A DNA stretch of 64,000 bases. Origin: Rhina ancylostomus (lineage: Eukaryota). The DNA is taken from contig JARFYF010000052.1 in assembly GCA_030265395.1 (NCBI GenBank), positions 76,237,936 through 76,301,935 on the forward strand, read 5' to 3'. A model generated the notes under the pieces. It did no database searches. It saw only the letters and a program-made list of their open reading frames with translations, and was not told where the DNA came from. The translations under genes were made by a program, and so were the position numbers. This document shows, in pieces, positions 36,040 to 47,357 of this stretch (position 1 is the stretch's first letter; each line of letters begins with the position of its first letter).

Positions 36040-37640
36040 TAGAAACAGGAACATACCTTTCAGCCTCTTGAGTCTGCTCCACCATACAGTTAAGTCATGG
36101 CTGATTTGTACCTCAATTTATCTCTTTTTACTCCCTCATCGTTAGATACCCCAATCTAGTAGAATCTACCAAACATTCTTAACAATTTCTGTCTTCCCTA
36201 TATCTGCAACCTTTTAAGAGCATCCTCTGTGTGAGAGCATTCTTTTTCATATGGTGCCTTATTTACCTGCCCTTATTCTTAATTTCCCTTCTGCAGGATA
36301 TGGTTATCCATATCTTCCTTTAATTGAAGGTCTCCTCACTATTTTCAAAACCTGAGGGAATATAAACCCTTGTTAACCCTTAAGTCCCTTTGTATTTTCA
36401 ATATAAATCTATGTTGGCAGAATTGTGGATATTGCTATTAGATAAAGTTTACAGCCAACTAAAAGGATATTGAAGAAGACAATGAGGGAGTAATACCACT
36501 TGACAGGATAAATGTAATACAGAAGCTTGAAGCGACTATGAATTTTGGTCTGGACAATGAGTGACGTACATTTACAGTATAGCTGGACAGGAGAAGGCTT
36601 TATTCCATTTTGTCCATGCAGGTCAATAATGAAGTTACTTAGGTCACTTCTATTTCCCAGTTCTTTAGGTGTAACCTTGTAGGCTACAGCTCTTCAAGTA
36701 CTCAGATGCTTTTTACATATGATAAAAGTTTCTTGCTTCCATCACACTTTCAGCAGCGAGTTCCAGATCCACAGTGTGTTTCATACTCCAGCTGTTCTTC
36801 GGATGAAACAAATATTTACTTAATTTCCTTCTAATCCTTCTACCAATTAATTTAACTGTATGAACCCTAATAACTTAACATCTGTCCCAAGGGAAATAAG
36901 TCCTTTCCCCTATTTAGGTATTTCATGATTACATGCACCTCAATTAAATCTCCTATCAGTTTCCTTTGTTCGAACAAAATGTCCAGTCTAGCCCTTTCAG
37001 CATCCCTGTAATTCTTCTCTACTCATTCTCCAATGCTATCACATTCTTCCATATTGGTGACATGATCTCTACAAAACATTCAAGTCATAGCCTAACGAAT
37101 GAATTATACAGTCCTAGCATAATGATCCCCCTCTTACATTTCTCTGATCAAGGCAAGTAACCCTGATGCCATCTAAACTACCTTAGCTAATTGACCAGCC
37201 ACCTTCAGGGATCTTTGGGTATATGTTTCTGGATCTATCTGTTTCTCTACACTTACTAGTGTCTTTCAATTTATTGCCTATTAACTTGCCTTGTTTGCCC
37301 TTCCCAAATTCACTACCTCACATTTCTCTGGATTAAAATCCATTTACCACTTCTGTACTGTCCTAAGCAGTCTATTCAGATTTTTGTTTAGCCAAGTACT
37401 TCTTCGTTATCAATCATGCTTTCCATTTTGCAAACTTAATCTTATCCCCTATATTTGAGTTCAAATCATTAATAAACACATGAAAAGCAAAAGACAATAG
37501 AAATGAGCCATGCAGAATTACAAAGCACACAATGCTCAAATGACTGAAACTCTTATTGACCATTACCCTTTGCCCTCCCTCCAGTGAGCTAACTATTGCT
37601 CTAGGTTATCACCATGACTTGGATTCCATAGGCTTTTACT
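36040..37640 (-). mobile_element. Cluster of decayed minus-strand CR1 fragments
   Basis: Reverse-complement tails at ~36045 (aacaggaacatacctttcagcctcttgag) and ~36585, plus RT C-terminal remnants to ~37640. Confidence 0.65.
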
Positions 37641-37859
37641 TTTGTGATCAATTTGCCATGTGAAAATGAAAAAGCATGGAGGGAATAGAATCAGTGGTAA
37701 GGACCAAATTCCACTCCCAAGTGTTTGAAACAGAACTAGGTTGTTTGATCTCACTGTCATATTTGACCTTGAGGTGATAAGTGCATGAACATAATTCAAT
37801 GTAAAAATAAACTGAATATAAGAAAAAGGGTTTGCTGAGAAAGATAATGGATAAACGAT

Positions 37860-39335
37860 GTGAATTTATGAAAATACATTAGTAGATAACATAAAAAGTA
37901 ACTAAAAAGTCTTTGTCTATTAATTTGTATGATGCCCTGGTAGGTAAAGCCAAACAAGTGACCATTTTGTGAAAGCAGAAAGCATAGCTGAAGTGCTGAA
38001 TAAGTATCTTACATCTGTCTTCACCAAAGACAAGTAGGCTTCAAATGGGTAGAGGAGGAGGTATAGAGAAATTGAAAGAATGAAAGTAGGAGAAAGAAAT
38101 ACTTTGAAGATTTTCAATGCCAAATATAAAAATAATTCCTCTTGATAAAATGCATCCTTGGATATTGAGGGCAGTAAAAGTAGAAATTGTAAAAGCTCTT
38201 CCAATGCTAGAGATGAGAGTGGTACCAGAAGACTGGAGGATTGCAAAGACTGTATAAACCCCTGTAAACAAAGAGTTCAAACTTGGTAATTATTAATCAG
38301 CGTAACATCCATGATTGTGAAATTAAAAAGGACAAACTCAGAGTGTGCTTGAATTCTTGGAGTGATATGGTGAGAGTATTGTGATTGACATGTGCATGAA
38401 ATTTCAAAAAGTTGAAACGCACAACATTAAAAGATAATCAATTGCATCGATAATGGCTAAGTGGCATAAAGTAGAATGGTTTTTCCATTCTGAAGTATGT
38501 GCAGTGATATTCTCAGGAGCCAGTATTGGGACCATTGCTCTTGTGATTTATCGAAATTGCCTAGGCTTTCTTCAATATAATTTCAAAGTTGAAATCTGTA
38601 TAATTTTAAACTATAAATGGGATTTTAACAAACCTGATGAATTGGCAGGTGCAGGAAAGATGAAATTTATGCAGACAGTGTCAAGTGGCTCATTTTGATA
38701 GGAAGAATGAGAGACAATATAAAGTAAATGGAATTATTTGAAAATGGGCACAGGAACAATGGGTCTTTGTAGATGGGACTGATAAAAAGCATACACGATC
38801 CTTGATTTTATGAATGGAGGCATGGAGTATAAAACAAGAAAGCAAACTTAAATTCATAAAAGCCCAGCTAGAATTTCGTGCCAACCTCTGGGCATTACAT
38901 TTTAGGAAGAATGTCAAGGACACAGGAGAGCAGAGTAGATCTGCAATGATTTTACCAGGCATGAGGGACTTAAAATTTTGTGGGAGGTTCATATAAACTG
39001 AGGTTTTTCCTCCTTGTAGCGGTGACGATTACGGTGGGGGGGGGGGGGGTTGATGGGGGGGGGCAAAATAACCAGAAGCTACATGATTAAGCTAATTGAC
39101 AAACAAACCTGATATTATATGTGGAAAAATAATTAACATCTACTTCGTTGCAATGCATTATTTAAAAGAATGCTGGAAATAAATTCAATAATTAAATTAG
39201 ATAAACTCTTGAAAAGAGACAAATTTTAGGGCCAAGAAGAAAGAACAGGGATGTGGGATTAAATGGATAGCTCTTTCAAGATTCAGCATGGACACTGACT
39301 CAAGTGGTCTACTGTGTCATATCATTCCATGATTC
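37860..39335 (+). mobile_element. Old CR1-type LINE fragment
   Basis: gctgaagtgctgaataagtatcttacatctgtcttcacc (AEVLNKYxxSVFT), ccagaagactggaggattgcaaa (PEDWRIA) and a tail near 39300. Confidence 0.7.
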
Positions 39336-40104
39336 TGTTTTCTAGTTACACAATTAGATTCCATAAATGTGGATATATCAGATGTAATTCCTTTTGCATA
39401 TGCCTATATTTATTATTATGTTGGTGCGAGCATTTTTTGAGAACAGTTGGAATCTTACTCTAAATATAACCAAACCAGATTTTCCAGTGCAAAATGAAAA
39501 CAATTTCTTCAAAACAGTGCCTTGCGATGGGTTTCTGAAGTATTTATTGCAAACAGTTGACCATATAGAACCTATCTCCTGATCAAGAAAGCTTCATTTA
39601 GTATGAGATTGGGTGGCAAAACAAATTTGGCATTCACCTTTGTTCCTGATATTCTTCTCTTCTCCTCTGTTCTCTTCTTGCTCCTTTCCCTTCCTTATCC
39701 TCCCACCACCCCTTCCCCAACCCTGCATTGTTTCATTGCTTTCAGCAGCGGGGTGGCAAGGGAATTGCTGAGAAGATGCATCCCTGATTAGGAGACAGAC
39801 ACTTTGCGGTAAGAATTAAAGATAGCTTTGCTTTCAGTTACATCTTTACATTTTCTCAACTTGGAGAAGTTCTATGCTTGCATGCTGAAAGATAAATTTT
39901 AAGTTGTCTTAGAATAATCTTATAAACGTGTAGAGGCATAATCACTTTGAGTATTTTATTTTGTTAGGCCTGACCTGAATATTCAGATAAAAATTTCCTC
40001 TGTTTTTAATTTTTTTTGTGTGATGGTAAAAATTAAATATTTTGATAGATTGAAGAAGAGTCTGTTTTGTAATGAGAAATTTAAACAAAATATTGGAATT
40101 ATGG

Positions 40105-40365
40105 AATAGAACCTAACAAGAAATATAAGTATACATAAGCCATTCAGCCCCTCGTGCCTGTTCTGCTTTTCAATAATCATGGCTGACCTTTACCTCAGCA
40201 CAGTTTTTCTTCACTAATCACTTATCCCTTGATTCCCTTAATATCTAAAATTCTATTGATATCTGTCTTGAGTATATTTAGTGATTGAGCCTCCACTGCC
40301 CTCTTTAGTGGATGATTCCAAAGATTCACTACCTTCAGGGTGAAGAAATTTCTCAATTCTATCCT
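40105..40365 (-). mobile_element. CR1 3'-tail fragment
   Basis: gccattcagcccctcgtgcctgttctgc...gattccaaagattcactacc...gtgaagaaatttct. Confidence 0.75.
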
Positions 40366-40627
40366 GTGTCACAATAGGTCAGTGACTATTTGTAATGAAA
40401 AAGCAGCTTTGTGTTTTAAATGTATATACAAAGGAAACTGCAAAGAAATTGCCACCTTAATAGGACTGAAATAAACAAGGGAAAGTTGTGCTTGGAAGTG
40501 GGATCATATCATACATAGTAGAAAATGAACTGACAAATGCAAAGACTAATGGATAGAAGGTAAGCACAAAAAAGCAAACTGTAATGGAAAATAGAAGTAG
40601 ACATGAAGGAAGTCAGAAAATAAGAAG

Positions 40628-40840
40628 GCAAAACTGCAGATACTGGAAATCCAGAATAAAAACAGAAAATGCTGGAACTACTCACCAGGTCAAGCACCCT
40701 CTAGAGAGAGACACAAGAGTTAACATTTCAGGTTGATGACCCAAGTGCTGAAGAATGATCATCCTGAAATGTTAACTCTCTCTCTTTGCAAGTTGTTCAG
40801 ATCTCTTGAGTATTTCCAACATTTTCTGCTTTTGTTCTGG
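40628..40840. mobile_element. Palindromic Penelope-derived short element (inverted terminal-repeat pair)
   Basis: Left arm ccagaataaaaacagaaaatgctggaactactca...agagttaacatttcagg pairs with right arm cctgaaatgttaactct...tgagtatttccaacattttctgcttttgttctgg. Confidence 0.7.
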
Positions 40841-41449
40841 GAAATGGGAATGATGCATTGAGGGTCCCTGTTCACTCAGGCATAGGAAATGATTCTTGAA
40901 AAGGGATATATTGGAAATTCTATTCAATGTCATCATAGCAAACCTGACGAAAAACTAGCTGAGAAGGAAATAAGGTCTTTATACAAAGCAGGATAAAGTA
41001 TGAAGCATAATCCAGGTAGTTCTAAAAAATATTATAGATGTGAAAATTCAGCCATAGATGAGAAAAGTGAAGGGAAAAATGGTGGAGTGTGTAAAGGGCT
41101 ACATTGCAGATTGGAATTGAAGGCTATTAACTCAAGAAGATGAGAAGTCATGGAGAGGAGATTGCAAAGATGCCTGGCTAGAAATAAAATTAGAGCAATG
41201 TATATGCTCTGTTTTGCCAAAAATTAGTTGAAATTGGTGTGAAATATCTCATGGAAAAGCTTTAAAAGGTACAGAAGGAAGGGTTGAGATGGTAGAAAAG
41301 TTTAGATACTTGTAAGGAAGCTTCTGTTTTTTTTGGGAGTACAGTAGGATCTCATGAATGACATTTAACTTCCTGACAAAGGTATTATTTTAAGCAAAAG
41401 GGCCTCTTAAGAATTACACAAATCAATATCAATCTAGACTCATAATGCC

Positions 41450-41600
41450 AAACACTAGAGATTGCAGATGCTAGAATCTGGAGCAACCAACAATCTGCTG
41501 GAGGAACTCAGCAGGTTAAGTAGCAACTGTGGGGAAGGCGGGGTGGTGGGTGGGAAGGAATTGATAACATTTAGGGTTGAAACCCTGCATTAGGATTGAT
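41450..41600 (-). mobile_element. Solo Penelope-like terminal repeat (same family as 20716-20845)
   Basis: agattgcagatgctagaatctggagcaa...tctgctggaggaactcagcagg...gggttgaaaccctgcattagga closely resembles 20721-20841. Confidence 0.75.
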
Positions 41601-41719
41601 GCAAGTTTTTGACCCTGTCAAACCAAACTGCTGTCTTTTTAGACCTAGTTCTTTTCAACCTATCTATATATGTGGCTATTATAAGAGTGTATTTAAGTAA
41701 GGCAAGAGAATGTGCAATG

Positions 41720-42375
41720 AACGTTTATAATTTGAGAAATATGGAAGAAAAGAGGGACTTTTGGGTGCATAACCACAGATCCATCAGGATGGGTATTTAA
41801 TATATAGGATAGCTCTCTTGGCTAAGGCTTACAATCTACAAGCTGTTTGATCATATTAGAACTATGTAAACATTAATAAGTCTAAAGTTAGAGTATTATG
41901 TGCATTTCTTGACATGATTTTAAAAGAATATAGCATTAGAGAGTATAGTTGAAATTTTCAAGGTTGTTGCTGGGGTGATGATCGTGAGGAAAGAATGGCA
42001 GAGCTGGGGTTCTTTAGGACTGAAGGCTGAGAGAAAAGTTAATAAGGGGAAATAGAAAATGAAAAGCTTCAGAAGAGTGAAGAGGGAGTGCCTATTTCCT
42101 TTAGCAGAGACGGCAATGACTAAAGGGCATAAATTTAAAATAATTAGTGGAGTTGAAAGGCAATTAATTTCTGAATATGGTGGATATATGGATGTGGTTG
42201 CCTGAAAGAGTGATGGAATGAGAAACTGTAGGCATATTTAATAATGATTTGGATAAGCACTTAATGCCTACAAGTTTAAGGACTGAGAACTAAGAAGTAG
42301 GATTAAAGAGTTCTCTTTGGCCAGCATGGGCAAGGTTGAATGGAGGCTGACTATGCCATAAATTCCTTTGATTCT
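41720..42375 (+). mobile_element. Decayed CR1 3' fragment
   Basis: EKRDFWVHNH and LEYYVHF remnants, aaagggcataaatttaaa, and a tail near 42350. Confidence 0.6.
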
Positions 42376-43471
42376 TTATCACCTAATATCCTTTTTGTTT
42401 CATAATTTCTGGAACTCTGGCCTTGGCTCCTTTCCTTTTCCCATGCAGTTACAATCACTATCTGCTTTGAACAATCAAACTGTTCCAAGTCATTCATGTT
42501 CTGCACTTAGTGGAATTTGTTCTCTACTTTGAACAACTGAGTAACTTCCAAAAGAAGAAAATTCAGATAACGATGATGTGTAAGGTTTATATCATTTTAA
42601 TCTGGAAATGTTTGATGTGGCATTGAGAAATGAAATGGAGGACCTTGCTCGTAAAAGATGGTTCAGTAGCACATACTTCTGGACAAGATATGGTTAAAAG
42701 AGGAAATCACAGACCTCCAGGGTAGATATGAATGTAGTTCTTGGTATATGAAAGGAGGAAAAAGTTATTTTTGTTGATGGAGGATAGATGAAGTTGCTCA
42801 GTCAGTGCTGTTCAAGCAACATTGTACAAAATGTTCTAAGTGATTACCATTGAGATCTGTGATCTTAAGTAGATCCAAAGAAAGGTGAAACTTAATAGAA
42901 TCATTTAGAGTTGGAAGTTGGTCTTGATAAGTCTGAATATTCAGTCCTTGACAAGAAAGGAGTTTCCTCTATATTTTCACATAGATATCCCCTTAACTAG
43001 GTTGGATCAACCTTCGTGCCTTAAAATCTTCAACTGAATATAGATTAGCTATGCACACAGCTGCAATACACCCAAATCACCTTGATCTTTACATCAGTTC
43101 TTTAATCACTCGTTTTGCATGAACCTCTTCCCATAAAACTTGCTGTAATTCCAGTTCTCAAAATAAAGTATCCTCCAATAATGCATTTTTGTAGCATGGC
43201 ATACTAAAAATTGAGAAGCTGATCTGATTCATATGATGTACATAATGATTAATAAATGAGTTTAAACTTCAAACTCTTTAACCTGAGGGAATTTGTAAAC
43301 TTGGCATGATTGACGAAGTTCAATATCAGAATATTATACTTGCTAGATAATTTTTGATAGGAAGTCAACACACTTTTCTCTTATTTTCAGATAACACTTA
43401 ATAAAATTCTGTAAGTTCCATCTATCCTTATTGTGCAGGAACTGTTTAATACTACTCATGAAAACCAATTC

Positions 43472-43772
43472 CTGACAGTGCCAGAGACCCCAGTTCAATC
43501 CTGACCTCGGTCCTGTCTGTATGGAGTTAACATGTTCTCCTGGTGACCATGTGAGTTTCCTCCCACATCTCAAAGATATGGTTTGGTAGGTTAATTGGCT
43601 ACTGGAAATTGCCCCAAGTGTGTAGGTGAGTGGTAGAATCCAGGGAGAGTTGATAAGAGTGTGGGGAGAATAAGAAAAAGGATTTATGTAGTATTAGTGT
43701 AAATGGGTGGTTGATGGTTGGCACAGACTTGTTGGGCTGAAGGGCCTATTCCCATGCTATATAACTCTATGA
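43472..43772 (+). mobile_element. HE1-like V-SINE (5'-truncated)
   Basis: cagttcaatcctgacctc B-box, V-domain, and tail gggctgaagggcctattcccatgctatataactctatga. Homologous to 29545-29900. Confidence 0.85.
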
Positions 43773-46700
43773 TAATGCCACTTTTTTTAACCAATTCTTA
43801 ATTGAAAATACTAGTTGTAAAATAGTGTCATTAACAATCGCATCCCTTCTTGAGTATGAATTTGTGAACTTGATAAGATGAATGAAGTCCAATAGCACCA
43901 ACAAAAGAAAAATACAAGTGAAATGTAGCTACTAAAAATTAGGAAATGTGCACCATTACTGGCTTAATGAGCACAGGGAGGATGATAGGAAGTTATTTTT
44001 TAAGATGAGACAGCAGCTATGTCAGATAAATTGCAACCTAAATAAGGTGAGTTTAATGCTTTTAAAGATTTTAATTAATAAAAACTGAGAAGCAAGTATT
44101 AATCTCAAGATTTTGGGCATTTCATCCAAAAACTTAATTAACATTTCTTACTCATTACTTTATTTAAAACTTGTTTCATTTGAATGCAAATACACCTCAT
44201 GCATACTAATAGCGGAGAATACTTGGCTAATCACACCTTCAGCAGTTGATAGCCTGCTGAATTACAACCCTTATGATAAATTATTATTAACTAAACTGTA
44301 ACTATTCAATGGATTCTTGGTGAGGGTAAAGCGCAACCAGAACTGTTCCACTTTCACTTTTAAGCCCACATTGAACTCGTGAATTTTGGATGAGGCTCTC
44401 AGCAATTTCATCATCCCAAAGCTTGAGGGTGCATCATATCAGCAGTGTTCTAGATCAATAAGTTCATTAACCATGTTGAAAAATGTGCTCGGATGATATG
44501 TTTTTTCATTAGTACCACTGGTTTATTGAATCATTGTTTTCAAATCTAATACAAAAATCAATCTTAAAAGATTTTTATTAAAATTTCATACCAGAGGAGA
44601 TCCATAATAAGTGTGGTTAGAATGGTACTGACATTAACACAATAAAAGGAAATCACATTTTATGTAGATTTTTAGAAGAGTTATGCTGACTAACTCACAT
44701 CTGTACATCTTTGATCAATGGGTTTACATTTCTATTCCACTATAAAAGGGTTACTTATACAATCACTGGACAATATACATTTTGATGTTGCTAACAATGA
44801 TTAATAAAATTTACTGAATTACAGAGGAGGTATATGCTTCACTATTTAGGGATGGGGCAAGTATACTAACTTAAAATGGTCCCACTTCAATTCAAAATAT
44901 CTGAAATGACTCAAGTGATTCTGCTGCATTTCTGTAGGATGCCTGTGAACTAGGATGATGTATATATGGTGAGGTGAACACAATTAGAAAGTGCTAAGCC
45001 ACCCTTGTTGACAGTACTTCAGCCGCTAATACATTTAAAAATGTTAACAGGTAGTAAAATTGCTTTATTTGCTCCTCTGTCATGAAATTTAGAAATATGT
45101 CTTAATATAGAGGAAGTACTCTGTTATTGATTATTTTTATTTCAATGCAGTCAGAGTGATTGTGAGAAGTTATGGAAGTGCCTGGCTTTGTCAAAGGCAC
45201 TTCACGTTGTATAATGTAAAGAGAAGTATTCTGTGTACGCAGTATGATTTTCATAAGAACTATGTAATAAAAAATGCCACTAGCCAATCTAGCTTTCATA
45301 ACTCTGCAGATGTAAACCAATTATTTTTAAAATTCCTGGGTAATCTTAATTATCATCTGAATGCTTTTATGCTTTTTCAAAGTAAGTTTTAAACTAAAAA
45401 AAAGATTGAGGTATGTTCCTATAGTTCTTTTGTGAAGATTAATTACAAGCAGTTCAGTTCCTGTATTTAAAAATTATCTGCACACAATTTGAAGTGCAAG
45501 ATACAAGGTTTTAGAATTTACAATAGAAATGTATTTTTAGGTTTTTCAGCCATGCATTATAGCAAATTCAAAGAATATTTTTGATTTCATTATCTTATTT
45601 ACAGGAATCTACACTACCACAGCCTCAACTTAGTAACAAGCCTTGCCATAGCTCCATTCTAGATCAACTTGTCTCTATTTTTGGCCAAGTTCTTGGAAGA
45701 TTAGGTTAGTGAATTGTTGCAATCCTTTGGCACAGACAGTTGTTCTAACCTATTTTTCAATGAACTACCACTAATAGATTTTGTTTAACTTAAAATTCAG
45801 CACAAACATTTCTCTGTTTGCAGAGAGGTGAATTAAGTAATGAGATTTGCACAGTAATAGACACATATAAAATATGAATAATAATTTTAGCAAATAAAAT
45901 GATTATACCCTGGGGATTAGATTGTGCAGTATTGTAGATTCAGGTTTTAAAAAGTTTAAAGCCTCAAGATGAATGGATGTTTCAATTATTCTCCCCCTCA
46001 GGGGCACTAATTGAAATCAGTTTTATATTTTTCTTAATCTTATTTATAATAGTTTTATTATTCATTACTACTCATAAGTTGGTTAAAAATTAGCAATACA
46101 AACCCGGTGTAAAACATGTATAAAATATAGTATGTGACAGAATGGAAAGGCAATACTAGTTCTTGAGTTTAGAGTTGAAGTTCTTTTGGTATATCTTGCT
46201 TTAATTTTACCAAGCATCATTGTACTTGTTCTACCAAAGCTGGGATGCTTTTGATGCTGAGTAACTTATTCTAGTTAGTAGCAAATATTTAGTTGCCCAG
46301 CAAATGTAGCTGTGATCATCATAAACGAATCACTATCTTAAAACAAAAATGTTAATCACTGGAGTTATGTTCTAACATGTTTCGCTATTGCCCACTGATG
46401 GCTCCGTCAGTGGTCAGAAAAGATAAAGATTAATCACTTGACATTACAAAACTGCTTGAATGTCGTAAACACCTGACTGCCCTGGGATGTAAAATTCAGG
46501 CAGTGTTATGTAATTATTAAGTAGCGTTTCTCACCAACCTTCAGTCAATGCTATCCAATTTCTGTTCAAAGAAGTTTTCTGAGGCTGGATGCTTCTTTAA
46601 AATGAAGTTAGAGAAGAAAATTAAGATGTTTTGATTAATAAATGAGTAAAAGTTCAATTTGTGATTACATTTTTCAGATATGACATTTTTTTACAGCATC

Positions 46701-47357
46701 TTTAATCTTTATTATGTTGAAGAACAGCTTGGTTAAGAGCCCCTCCTATTAGTGTTATCAACATAATTGGAAACTAATGTAATTATATAGGTTTGTTTTA
46801 GTTCAGTGTAAACTGCTGATGTTAACTGAATTTTACATATAGTAATTGTGCTTGATGCTAGCATGCCAAATATCACATTGGGCTACTGTTTATTCCTCCA
46901 AAACAAACAATTTAAATGTACAAAAGATGCATGGCCACTCAAAATAGAATGAAAATCTTGAAGATATTTCTTTGTAGATCTTTCTAAATAACTTAGCCCA
47001 ATCACATTGATATCTACTGATTTTTTTTCCAGTTTAATTTCTTTTTCTTGTATTTATTTGCATATGACAAAGTTCTTTTTAATTCTAAGCAGCAATTGTT
47101 CTTAAAACCCAAAAAAAAGCTTTTATTTCTTATTTTCATGCATAGGTCTAAAAATGTTTGGCATGGTATTCTATGTCAAAAATTATCCAACTTTGAGTAA
47201 ACATAATACTTCAAGGAGATTTTGAACAGTTGAATCTTCAGTACATTGTTAGAGTGATGCATTTAAACAATTAAACTTTAACAATTAATTTAATGAATTG
47301 TTGCTTTTTAGAAAAAATTGCAATGCTATGTTTTACTTATTTATTTTATCTTTACAG

